64,000 nucleotides of DNA from the human T2T-CHM13v2.0 reference genome, Homo sapiens: the NCBI RefSeq assembly GCF_009914755.1, contig NC_060938.1. One strand, 5' to 3'. Both the position numbers and the translations under genes were made by a program. This document shows, piece by piece, positions 39,849 to 55,798 of the stretch (position 1 is the first letter of the stretch; each line of letters starts with the position of its first letter). The notes below the pieces were generated by a model. That model saw only the letters and a list, made by a program, of their open reading frames with translations, ran no database searches and was not told the DNA's origin.

Positions 39849-40355
39849 GCCCAAACTAAACATATCCTTCCAGTAAGAGAATCCTTTATTGCCAGTAATG
39901 GTAATTATTTGATAAGGTGTGTCTCTACCCCCTTTTGACCTTCATAACTTGTAAAAATGGTACAAGATGATTCTTTTAAGAAAAGTATAAAATCACATGT
40001 ATGGTTCAGAAATACCACTCTGGCAGGAATTTGAGGAGGTGACAGATATTCAAGAAAATTGAAAGAGAAACTTTCCATTCCATGTGAGATTATCTAACTT
40101 TTGATTGGCCAGGGAGAAATGTGTCTTATTATTCCAAGTGAAAGTAAATGTATCTGCCTGCCTAGATCTCAGCCTAGTATTGATTGGAGAAAATACTGAT
40201 CTGATGCTTTATGCTTCGAGAAAGAAAGCATATTGAGTATATGATCTTCTCACACATATGATCAGTCTTTTCATTAGATTTGTTTTACCGTGATGTATTT
40301 TGTTCCTCAATAGAATGCCATGTATATGATTGTTACTGGTACTCATAGTAAATCT

Positions 40356-40590
40356 AATAATATCCACCATTTTCAGAGCACTTACTAAGTGTCAGAACAA
40401 GTGCTTTGCATGCCATCTTATGTATACTAAGCCTATGGGGTAGATTTTATTATTGTACCCATTATGCACCCATGGAAGCTAAAGACTAGAGAGAATGAGG
40501 GATACACGCAAGGTCACCTAGATCACAACTGGTATAATTAGGATTTGAAGACAGGCTGTTTGACACCTAAGCTGATACTTCCAAAGACTA
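40356..40590 (-). mobile_element. MIR SINE, near full length
   Basis: gagcacttactaagtgtcag...cctatggggtagattttattattgtacccatt...caaggtcac...ggatttgaagacagg. Confidence 0.75.
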
Positions 40591-42779
40591 TTCCAATAGC
40601 ACAAAATTCAATTGCTGTGGGGACATGGTTCTCAGAACCTGGTCTTCTTGAATCACTAGACCGATCCTCCTCAGAATTTAAGACCTGGGTGGAAAGGGAA
40701 AGACCATCCAGCTCACCCCATGTGCCTCTCAGGAATGGTGGGGGTTGTCCTCCATTACTGAAAGAAGCAGTACAGCCGGCTAATGGATGGAGACACAGGG
40801 GAGAGATTTTCTTTGTGGGAGTTCATTACAGAGGCATCTGCAGACCTCTAACTCTCTCCTGCATGCCCTTTCTCTTTCATAGCTTCCATCTCTAAGCTGT
40901 AATGGATGCAAAATTACTGCAGCATTTTGTTCTGCCGGGCTGACCCCATTACGCATACACCACAGTCATAAAGCTCTGGCTTAGTTACTGTTTGCATGTT
41001 CAAGACTACTCTGAGGCAGGGAGGTGTGAAGTTTGGCTACATTTTCAAACAGAGTGGATGCCTTCTTCATTTTAAAAACAAGGAATCCAGCCTCCTTTCA
41101 GAGTGAATATTGTTTTGATTACTGCTGGACTAATCCATACTTATTTACCCCTTAATGATGATGTTTCTCTGGTGTGTGAAGGGTCTTTAAATAAATGTTA
41201 GGGCAGTGATGCCAGGAAGTCATCATTTCACATGCATTAGTTGCAGAAGTTTGGGAGACTTCATTTCCACCCCAACATCCTGTTGTCTTGATAATATTTT
41301 ATTAAGACATAGCAAAAGATATAGCAGGGTCGTTAGATAATGGTTAATAAAATATAAGAGTTTGGAAAGGTAGTGATTCTCAAAAGTTATTCTCAGTCTT
41401 CCTTCTTCTCCATGCCTTGTCAAAGATTTCTGCAACTTTCATCTCACCACATCTGGTGAGAATACTTATCAGAGAAAGTGAGCAAACTGGTTTTGGTAAT
41501 AATTGACATACCTTTATCTACTAGGAGATTCTGATTTTAATTCATTCAGTAAAAAAATATTCTGTTTGTTCTATGCACATTTCTAACACTTGAGACATAT
41601 TCAAGAATAAGACACACATAGTCCTTGTCCTACAGCTTACATTCTGGTAATATTTGTCAGAAAGCAGTCACATGATTATGAAAAGGTTACCCAAATTTCT
41701 GTATATTCTATAGTTTATCCTATATCTTCTTCCACTATTTCACACATTTCATAAAAGATCTCAACATATAAATATTGCTTTTAGCCTGTGATATTGTCTC
41801 CATGGAGGGAAGGACTCAGATGGAAATAAGGTATCACAGAAGGGTGCAGAGTGCCTTTTCTTTTAAAGTAATTGCAAAAATAGGAGTTATATTGGTTATC
41901 AGAACATGTTTGTATTTCATTATTAAGCTGGTAAAAAGAACCATGGATATATGGACATGTTCTGGATCCTAGATACTTAATAGAAATGATCACTAGCTGT
42001 CCCTAAAGGATTTTTATTATACTTCCTAAAAGCATGGACTATCTCTTCTGAGGTATGCCCCCCAAAATGTCAGTAGCAATAAATTTGTAAGAACATTTTT
42101 AAGGCAGCACAGACAAGTGTGATCGGTAGAAGTCATGGTGAGTGGGAGTGAGGAAGGGCTAGTAGCAAACAAGAAAAAGAAAAGAAAAAAAAGCATTTTC
42201 AGTCTTTGGCAGCACTTCTGTCTCTTCCAGCATTTGTCAGAATCCAGTTATTAACCTGTCAGCCTCAGACAGATTGAAGGAGACACCACCTTTCAAGGTG
42301 AGCCCTTAAGAAAAGAAAAATAAGAAACAGTCATTGTTGGGGTTGACAGAGACATGATCCCACCAAGGCCTGGGCTATGCTTGGAGAGGAAATGATACTC
42401 AAGCCTGAGTGTGTGCTTAGGGGTCAAGAGATTAGGCTTAGGGGAGTAGGGATATGGAAGTAGTGATAGCAGTGAATAAGGAAAGCTATCTGTTTGAATT
42501 TGCTTGTGCAAAGAGGCAGAACCATTTCAAAGATACAGGGTGCAGATTTTAGTGAAGATGTTAGAGCTGACCCCTGCTGGGACTGTGGCATTTCAGTAGA
42601 GGAATGGTGAATCCCTTCCCAGTGGGGAACACACATCATCCACATACATGAGGGAAAAAAAAAAAAAAAAGGAATGACTCTTTTTATCAACAAAAGCATG
42701 CCCTTATCTATGATTGTGGTGTCATTTTCTTTTAACAAACAAGGATAGTTTTTAACCTTAGTTTGCTCACAAAAGCTTC

Positions 42780-43184
42780 AGCAAAAAACAAGGGACATCA
42801 AATATTTCTGGATTTCCATGTTCTGGGCACATAGTAGGGCTGTGCCTTCTGAAACTTCCTGTATAGAATGGAGCCACATGATCATTTGCAATCAATGAGC
42901 TGTGAAGGGGAATGGCATGTGTTCCTTACAGGCCAAGCATTTAAGTGTTGATGTGAGAGTCCTCAGAGCACTTTTTTTTCTTTTGCCTTTGTCATGGTGC
43001 CATGGCTACCAGCAACTTTCAGACAGTGGCCATTGCATCAACCTCAACCCTGAAGTGAGGAACCGTGGCAACATGCAGGCAAGCCTCAAGCCCGCCCACA
43101 GTAGACAAACATATACCTTTATTGTTATAAACCATTTTGGACTTGTTTGTTACTGCAGCATAATCTGGCTGTTATAGTGGACAC
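42780..43184 (+). mobile_element. MaLR LTR, MLT1I/J-like
   Basis: gccacatgatcatttgcaatcaatga; ggccaagcatttaa; ttgtttgttactgcagcataatctggc. Confidence 0.7.
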
Positions 43185-46100
43185 ATTTGGTTAGATACAA
43201 GTGTAAGAAGTTTTATTTTCCTTGATGAATAGTGGGAAAGTGTGTATATAATATTGTAAACCTTTTTCAGCAACCCAAATTAACACCCCTATGTACCCAA
43301 AGTCCTATATCTGGGCTGCAGTATCCCCAAAGACATTTTGTTTGTTTTATTTTAGTCCTGTAAGAATTAAAGTCAACTTTTTAAAAAAATGCAGTGCTAA
43401 GAGAGACACGACAAAATTGAGACAATTTATTAGCGGATTCTTTCTTTTCTGAGGGGTCTTTTTGCATGTAGGAGCAGTCATTACCATCTGTAAGGTGTCT
43501 AAAGCTCAATTTATTTAAATCATATATCTGAAGACCAAAACTTTTAAAACCCAAATTTTGTTTTTAAAACTTTATAAAAGATGGTAAATTCCTCTTCAAA
43601 ATTTAAACTTCAACTCCAAATTTAGTATGGGTGATTTCTCATAACATTTCAAATACCTTTTAAAATACATACCTTTTATACTTAAACTTAAATCTATAGT
43701 AAATTATGAGTTTGGTTCATTTTATCATTATATCTCTATGTGTTTTTGTATTTTCTGAGGATTATATTAGATTAATACCAATGAATCTATTAAATAGTTG
43801 TTGCTTCTCTAATATGAATCAAATCTAAGCTGCTGATCAGGCTGAGGTGTTGTTTTTAAATCATTAAATTTATTTATTGTGTCAAGACATAATTGCCTTT
43901 CCCAAAAAGTCTAAATGTTTTCCTATAATTTGCTGTCTCTCCACAAGTAATACATTTTTAAAAGCCATACTTGGTGAGATTATATGATCCTTGTTCATTA
44001 TTAAATATTGCCTTTTATTTAACACTATTAAAAAGATATATTCTTATAAACAGCTTATTTAAAGTCAGGAACCATCTGGAAGTTTCATCTCCCAAAAGAT
44101 GAGATGAATCCAAATAGTTCTTTCTCTTTCTAGCATGTCAAACTAATGTGTCATCCTAGAATGCATCTCTGAGCCCCATTTCACTAGGTTATTAGGTGTG
44201 AAGCCCAGATCTAGACCAAGCCTGTCTGCTCTTGGTAAGCCTCTTTCTTTTTTTCATTTTTTCTAATACTGTTTGATGTATTTCCTGTTATTTTTATTTA
44301 CTGTTTTCTACTTATCCAATAGTAACATGGCCATGCCTATACTTTATTACTTTGTAAACAAGTACCTAAGTAACAGCTAAACTAAAACATACATGTTCAT
44401 ATATTTTAGCATTCCCCTAATCATTGAAATCAATAACAATTCAATATACTCTATTGTATTCATATTTATTTTATATTACCACTATGTTTTATGTAATAAT
44501 ATTCTGTATATTAACTTTTCTGAGCATCACTATGACTTTTTCACAAACTTAGCTTGTTTTAATCAACAGTAAAAATGAAGAGTGATGTTGTTGTTAGCAA
44601 TCTTATTTAGTGTTCAAATTATTATCAAATGGCCAGCAAGATCTCTTTTAAATGGGCTCCTTATTCTTTCAGCACTTTATTTGATATTTGTGGCCACATA
44701 CTTGTATTTTGCAATAAAAAAAAATTTAGATTCTTTGCAATTATTTTCTTCCGCTAAGCAGAAAATCAACAAAATTCCAGAGAACCTTGTGCAAATGAGT
44801 GTTGATTGTGGCCATGGTGCACCTGCACTTTAAGTAATAACAAAGCTGAAAAATATATTTCTTTTAGAGGTCATGAGTTCACACTGAGAAGTGTGAACTC
44901 CTCATGAGTTCCATGAGAAGGGCATAACTTTAGGTAATTTCTTGTAAGCTCATTGCCACTATGTAAACCAGCTTATGATTCTTATCTAGTTGGTCAGTAT
45001 ACTATAAATATCAGTGAATATTCAGAATAGAAGCTGATAGAAAAATCAAACCATAGAAAAGCAGGGAGAGTGTGAGAATATATTCACCATGTATACATAT
45101 ATGCCCCTAAACAAAAGCCTGAAAGTATCTACTCTAAAATTGATTTATCCTCCTCACTATCCTTTTTAAATTTTTTATATTATTCACCTTTTCTTCTTTG
45201 AACATATTTTATTTTTGTAATGAGAATGCAAAGATGTTAAATTTTTTAAATAACTAAAGAAACCGTTCCAGCAGGAAATAGCACTATGTGTTGTTCAACA
45301 TACATAGTGAATCTTGCATACACAGCATATTAATAAAATCTCAAAAATTGCTTACTCTTTACAAGTAGGAGATATTTTGCTTTTTGTGTCCATACTTTCC
45401 CTTTAGAATGAGAAGGATTCTAAGTAATCTTATTGTATCACATTTCTACTTCATTGCATTGCTCTCTAGGGGGGAAATTAACAGCAGAAGACTTGTCACT
45501 TGAGTTCTATTCATGACCACTCTACTCTGAGCATTACAGATGGAATGCAGCAAAGAGGAGATACAATTCTAGGGGAATATGGGCCCATAGATCTTTCAAA
45601 ACAAAGAAGAAAAGCTTTCTCACAATTGCTATAGCAAATAATGCTTTCCACTGCTTTAGAGTCATCACTGTAAGAACATTTGATCCACAAGTGAAGAACA
45701 GGACTATATTCCATGTGGCTTTTCAAGGCGACTGAGAGCACCTGCTCCCTAGAATCCTTCAGCCACATTGATATGTGTGTCATAAAACTGTGAGATCATG
45801 ATCCCATTGATGTGATATGAATCAAGAAAGCCATATGCTCTTTGCTGGTATAAATGATAGCTGCATGAGGGCTTACCAATAAGTGAGGAATGAAATTTGA
45901 ATTTTGGAAAGAAGTTTGTAGCTACATGAATACCTTGCAGCCTCTCTTTTCAATAGTCTCAACATTTTTACTGCCATGCGATTTCTTCTATAGCTCCATT
46001 TATATCCAACTTAAATTTCACTCTAAACATTTTCATTTTTTATTTTTTATTAGACAATTCTCTTTTGATTATCTCGTTTTATAAAATGGCACATGGGTTT

Positions 46101-47109
46101 ATCACTTGGAGACAAAGAAGCAATACCCTATATGCTGTGTGTGAACTGAGCAATACGTTCAGTGACCATTAACTGACAGACTTCACAAGAACTCATGAGA
46201 TTGGTCAATGATCACGAAGTGCATCTGTAATTCATGTAGCTAATGTGGACTGAAGAACTAAGAGCAAAACATACACTTCGTGCAAATACCCACAGTTAAT
46301 ATAGCATAGAAACAGAAATTTAAGCTCTGTTGTTAGAAGGCTGGAGTTATGAACCAAACCATAGTAACTAAAATTCATGCATATTACAACCAAGCAAAAT
46401 GCAGACTACCTGTGTGTATATGTACATTTAGTATTTTTTTGTTTGTTTGTTTTTAACTTTGTAGCTTCAGCACACCATGCCACAAACTTTGTGCCTTATA
46501 ATACCTTGGCTGAATATCTTCTCAGAGGATGATCATTCACTTTTACCTTTGTTTGCCAACTTATTCCACTGCGGCTCTTTTTGTCTTGCAATGCATTCTG
46601 TGTACTGGTGAAGAAGTTTTGACCACGAATAGCTGACAAATATGTGCAGGTGGTCATGCACAGAAGCAGAAAGAAAATTCCTCTGTGGTTGTTAACGTGA
46701 AGGTTTTCCAGGGGCTTGGGGCACTGGTTAAGGAAACAGATTAATGAGCAGCAAACAGGAATTGATGGGAGTCCTCTGACATTTTGAGGATATCCCTACA
46801 CATCACTGCAGGCTGAGGGAAGCTTGGCTGAAAGAAACTGGCCAGAGGCATGTTCTGACTTTGGCTGACTTGGAAAGAATGGCAGTGCTATTAACAATGT
46901 ACACATAGTGGGAGAATTTCCTCTCAGTGGAATGATGCTTTAATGGTCCCATATAATGCTAATGCCATTAGCACTCTCATTTCCAGATACTACATGGGAT
47001 ACATAAGTAGAAGAGTTAGGAATCGTTTTCTGAAAAGACATTCTAATATTATTTGGATATTAAATAAAAATAAATACCTCTGTTAAGATATTCAGACCCA
47101 GTATTAGTG

Positions 47110-47346
47110 TAAGTGGGTACAGTAGAAAGAGGCCTTAACTTGGAATATGTAGTGATTAGGTTTAACTCACAGCCCTGCCAATTATTAGCTGTGTTTGCCC
47201 ATTCATTTATTCATACATTTGTATACATTCTTTTATTTTCTTACAAATCTTTACCAAGTGCCTATTACGTGCCAGATCCCACACCAGGCTTTACGCAGTC
47301 AGGGTCAAATCACTTCACCTCTTCAAGTTTCTCACCTGTAAAATTC
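47110..47346 (+). mobile_element. MIR interrupted by a short reverse L2 tail
   Basis: cagccctgccaattattagctgtgt | cattcatttattca...agtgcctattacgtgccag | caaatcacttcacctct...agtttctcacctgtaaaat. Confidence 0.55.
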
Positions 47347-47707
47347 TGAGACTTTTTTGAAATCTATTTTTTAAAAAATACATACTTGATTCAAACAGCA
47401 GCTTTATAATTTGAAAACCTCTATTTTACTCCTGTTTTTCTTTGGAGGCCAAAGGTGACTCTAAATAATTTCATGAAAGTAATGAAAATATAATCTTTAG
47501 TGATTAACTTCAGAATTAAGAGAGTAAAAAGTATTTTTCAATTCATCTTCAGCTTATGCCATCACCTCAGCAAGAACAATGAGTGTGCAACAATTCACTG
47601 TTTTGTAGGATGCTAATTAGAGGGTAGACTCCTCATGGAAAAAGCCCAAGCCTCTGGTTGACTCCTGTCCATCCAGATGGAGCTACAATGAAATGATTTT
47701 CTATGGC

Positions 47708-47761
47708 TGTGTGTGCGTGTGTGTGTGCGCGCGTGTGTGCGTGCGCGCACACACACACACA
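47708..47761. repeat. 54-nt perfect alternating purine-pyrimidine (TG/CG/CA) tract
   Basis: tgtgtgtgcgtgtgtgtgtgcgcgcgtgtgtgcgtgcgcgcacacacacacaca. Confidence 0.97.
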
Positions 47762-47999
47762 AGCCTGGGAAGGAAGAGCCCCCCACTCTGTCCATTATTC
47801 AACTCAATGTTTACTGTCAAGATGAGTTTTCCAATTTCCATTGTTTCCCCTAAATTGAGTCTCTCACATAGAGTTTAGAGCTGGTATGTCTGCTAGGAAA
47901 TAGCTATATAATAAAACATCCATATAATAGCACTATAATTCATCCAGTTATTCATTCCTTCCCTGAAAAATAGGACCTAAAATGCATCATTGTGTGTAG

Positions 48000-48360
48000 G
48001 TTTCAATTAAATTCAGAGGACAGTTATTGACTGACTACTGCATGCAAGCTGGCTGGACTGAGAGTATTGAGATGGATAAGAAACTGTCCCCTCTCAAGGA
48101 GCTTAAAATCTAGAGGAAAGAGAGGTGTATAAAATATATAATTGAAAATGTTTGCTGTAATTTCTAAGAGAACACACCTGGGGATGTGAAAATGGACAGA
48201 AGGGAGGATTTAGCTCTATCTTGGAGGCTGGGATATAAGTCAGGGAAAGCATTTCAGTGGAGATTACGCTTAAAGTGGGAGTACTGTATACATGAATAAG
48301 CAGAGCAGGCCAGGTAAGCAAAGTTGTGGTTGGGGAAAGATGCATTCCAGACAGCCAAAA
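48000..48360 (-). mobile_element. L2 fragment
   Basis: tgtcccctctcaaggagcttaaaatctag; agtcagggaaagcatttcagtggag; gcattccagacag. Confidence 0.7.
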
Positions 48361-49619
48361 TGTTTTGCCTCATTGGAAGATTGTTTTTCTCACCCTTAGC
48401 ACCCTCTGCTTATTCGTCTCTTTGTTTTTAACCATTTCTAAGTTGTATCTTAAGACTCTAATCAATGTAATGGGATGGCTGTATCCCTCCCCACTCCATC
48501 CCATATCACACCACCGAATGAGCAACAAATCTTGGCGTCTGAAAAATGTAGCACCTGACGCCAATCAAAACTTCTGCTCACAGCTCTAATGTAGGTCTGG
48601 GGGCTTTTCTGTGTTACTTGAAACTAGTATTGATTGCATCAGCGCTCAATATAATGCCCCAGTAGTCATCCTTGCTGCTTTAGCTGAGGAACAAAAGGTA
48701 AAATCAAGCTAAATGAAATGAGGTAAATGTAGGACCAGAAAAACCAGAAGTCTTCATTGCCTGCTCTCAGGCATCATCAAAACAAAAGGCTCTCTGGCTG
48801 GCAAGGTCAGTAAGGGAGACGAGAGAGGATAGGAATACTCAGAGACAATATGTTGCCCTGCTAAGAGCAGGTCATGGTCCTTAATGTAAGCCATGTCATT
48901 TGCTTACAGTCTTTATTATTTAATCTCTGACAGATGGAAATTGGTTGACAACAGGTAATGGTACAGAGTCTTCTGTGTGTGCTTGCATGCCAGTGAGATC
49001 TACTGGGAGAATTAACTTCTACTCTCCCAGCACAATCGGTGGTCATTTTGAGTGACCACATCATTTATCTCCAAACCAGGACACCTTGGAGAACACAAGA
49101 GGATACTGTTAAATAAACGTGAGTGTATAATAAACACACAGTGGGACTTCCCCAGGCAAACAGGGACTCTTAGGGGATGTATGATCACCTTAACATGTTT
49201 TCTGTCTGGAGGGAAATTTCCAAGGAGAAATATAAGTAATACCTGGAACATGACTCTAGAGGTAGGCTAAGACTGCAGGGTATTAATCAATGTATAAGTT
49301 TATAAGTTTATAAGCATGTGAAAACTTCAAATTTCAGCAATGATTCTCTAAATTTTTTGCTGAGACAGATAAAATAGCTGTTTTTTTTTCTCACACAGAG
49401 TACATTCTCATAGGAATATCTGAATTACATGCAGTTCCTAGAAAGCAAGCTATAATTACATTATTCAAGAAAACACTGCAGTTCAGGCTAATGTTTTTGT
49501 ATATTTGTTTTGTACATTTTGTACATGTTTTTGTAATGTGTTTATACATATGTACATAGATGGCTTTACATTTGGTGATCAGCATTTAAATTATTTACGT
49601 ACTTAAACTATTACAAATA

Positions 49620-49950
49620 CACTACTTGGCACACTCTTTCCCCAGATCTTCATCTGGCTGTCCCTTTTCATCTTCTAGATCTCGACTCAACATCTCCTTC
49701 TTAGGCCATTTCTGTCCACTATAACTGATCCCTGTCACGTTCTATCATAATGTCCTTTTGCCATTTTCTTAGCACTTATTAGTGTATAAAATTATCTTCT
49801 GTATTTAGCTGTGAGCTTTCCTCACTAGAATGAAAGAAATTATGGACAATAGTTCCACCTACCTTGTTCAGTAGTACACCTCCAGCACTTTGAAACCTGT
49901 GGGGAAACAACAGGTACTCAACAGATAGTTGTTCATTGGATGGACTGATG
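49620..49950 (+). mobile_element. L2 3' fragment
   Basis: ctctttccccagatcttcatctggctg; cactagaatgaaag; caggtactcaacagatagttgttcattggatgg. Confidence 0.7.
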
Positions 49951-50570
49951 GGAAATAGGCCATCTTGTCTTTATTGAACAACAACTTTTGCAGGAAGCAT
50001 TCTCCTCCCTTCATGATTTTTGTGCATAGGTAAGCACCTGCTTAGACAACTCCAGTTCCTGCTCTCACACTTCACCACTGGATTGTTGCAATGCAGTCTT
50101 AAATAGCCCTCGAATATGGACTCAACCACATCTTGCAACAAGATTGTCATCAGCACCCCTTTCACTATGCTTGGCCTCTATATACTTTACTCTTAGCCTT
50201 CTCCTGAATTAGTCTTAGCCCAGTAACATCTTGTGCTGATGTCAGTCTTCTGGTTGACCAAGTAAACGTATTTTTTCATTTCCTCTTTTTTTGCTCATCT
50301 TTTTCATCTCTCGCTGATGATTGTCAACTGCAATGACACCGTACTTTTATACACTGCATGATGTATACTTACTCAGAATTTTTCTTATTGCCAAATAAAT
50401 TATTTCATACGCTTATGCAACTCCTTTCGTTAAAAGCATGTTTTCTACTTTGTTCTCATTATTAACAGAACTATTTTTTCAGTTATCTTACTCATTGCTT
50501 TTGCACTGATTGGACATCACAGCATTCAAAATGTTCACAAAGTACCTAAAAAATTGAACACAGAGGCCTC

Positions 50571-50638
50571 TGTGGTTAGGGTGACTGAAAAACTTAACTG
50601 GATTTTTAAGTCAGTCTAATTTTAATTAACTTAAACTT
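50571..50638 (-). mobile_element. Charlie1/MER33-family hAT element, left part (split by the L1)
   Basis: tgtggttagggtgactgaaaaact...taattttaattaacttaaac continues colinearly at 56714. Confidence 0.6.
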
Positions 50639-50891
50639 TTTTTTTCCATAGTTCAGAGCATTTATTTATTTTTTTAAATTTATTATTATTATACTTTAAG
50701 TTTTAGGGTACATGTGCACAATGTGCAGGTTAGTTACCTATGTATACATGTGCCGTGCTGGTGCGCTGCACCCACTAACTCGTCATCTAGCATTAGGTAT
50801 ATCTCCCAATGCTATCCCTCCCCCCCGCCCCACCCCACGACAGTCCCCAGAGTGTGATGTTCCCCTTCCTGTGTCCATGTGTTCTCATTGT

Positions 50892-54719
<3,828 letters not shown>

Positions 54720-54782
54720 TATGATGTTAGCTCGTTATTTTGTTCATTAGTTGATGCAGTTTCTTCCTAGTCTCGATGGTCT

Positions 54783-55798
54783 TTACATTTTGGCATGATT
54801 TTGCAGCGGCTGGTATCAGTTGTTCCTTTCCATGTTTAGCACTTCCTTCAGGAGCTCTTTTAGGGCAGGCCTGGTGGTGACAAAATCTCTCAGCATTTGC
54901 TTGTCTGTAACGTATTTTATTTCTCCTTCACTTATGAAGCTTAGTTTGGCTGGATATGAAATTCTGGGTTGAAAATTCTTTTCTTTAAGAATGTTGAATA
55001 TTGGCCCCCACTCTCTTCTGGCTTGTAGAGTTTCTGCCGAGAGATCAGCTGTTAGTCTGATGGGCTTCCCTTTGTGGGTAACCCGACCTTTCTCTCTGGC
55101 TGCCCTTAACATTTTTTCCATCATTTCAACTTTGGTGAATCTGACAATTATGTGTCTTGGAGTTGCTCTTCTCGAGGAGTACCTTTGTGGCGTTCTCTGT
55201 ATTTCCTGAATCTGAACGTTGGGCTGCCTTGCTAGATTGGGGAAGTTTTCCTGGATAATATCCTGCAGAGTGTTTTCCAACTTGGTTCCATTCTCCCCGT
55301 CACTTTCAGGTACACCAATCAGACGTAGATTTGGTCTTTTCACATAGTCCCATATTTCTTGGAGGCTTTGCTCATTTCTTTTTATTCTTTTTTCTCTAAA
55401 CTTCCCTTCTCGCTTCATTTCATTCACTTCATCTTCCATCGCTGATACCCTTTCTTCCAGTTGATCGCATCGGCTCCTGAGGCTTCTGCATTCTTCACGT
55501 AGTTCTCGAGCCTTGGCTTTCAGCTCCATCAGCTCCTTTAAAAACTTCTCTGTAATGGTTATTCTAGTTATATATTCTTCTAAACTTTTTCAAGGTTTTC
55601 AACTTCTTTGCCTTTGGTTTGAATTTCCTCCCGTAGCTCAGAGTAATTTGATCGTCTGAAGCCTTCTTCTCTCAGCTCATCAAAGTCATTCTCCGTCCAG
55701 CTTTGTTCCATTGCTGGTGAGGAACTGCGTTCCTTTGGAGGAGGAGAGGTGCTCTGCTTTTTAGAGTTTCCAGTTTTTCTGCTCTGTTTTTTCCCCAT
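54783..55798 (-). pseudogene. ORF1: L1 ORF1 (RNA-binding p40), disrupted
   Basis: MGKKQSRKTGNSK start; 1-nt deletion near 55585 causes a frameshift; downstream MELKAKARELREEC...MERNN ends at premature TGA 54818-54816. Confidence 0.95.

Noticed and set aside
48080-48115. miR-28-like sequence ctcaaggagcttaaaatcta
   Set aside because: Ordinary L2 3' sequence with no adjacent inverted L2 to form a precursor hairpin
49293-49314. (TATAAGTT)x2.75 and other micro-duplications (29148, 27044)
   Set aside because: Expected slippage noise at this size
50816-50848. G-quadruplex-like G-runs on the minus strand
   Set aside because: Standard L1 3'UTR feature, not specific to this locus
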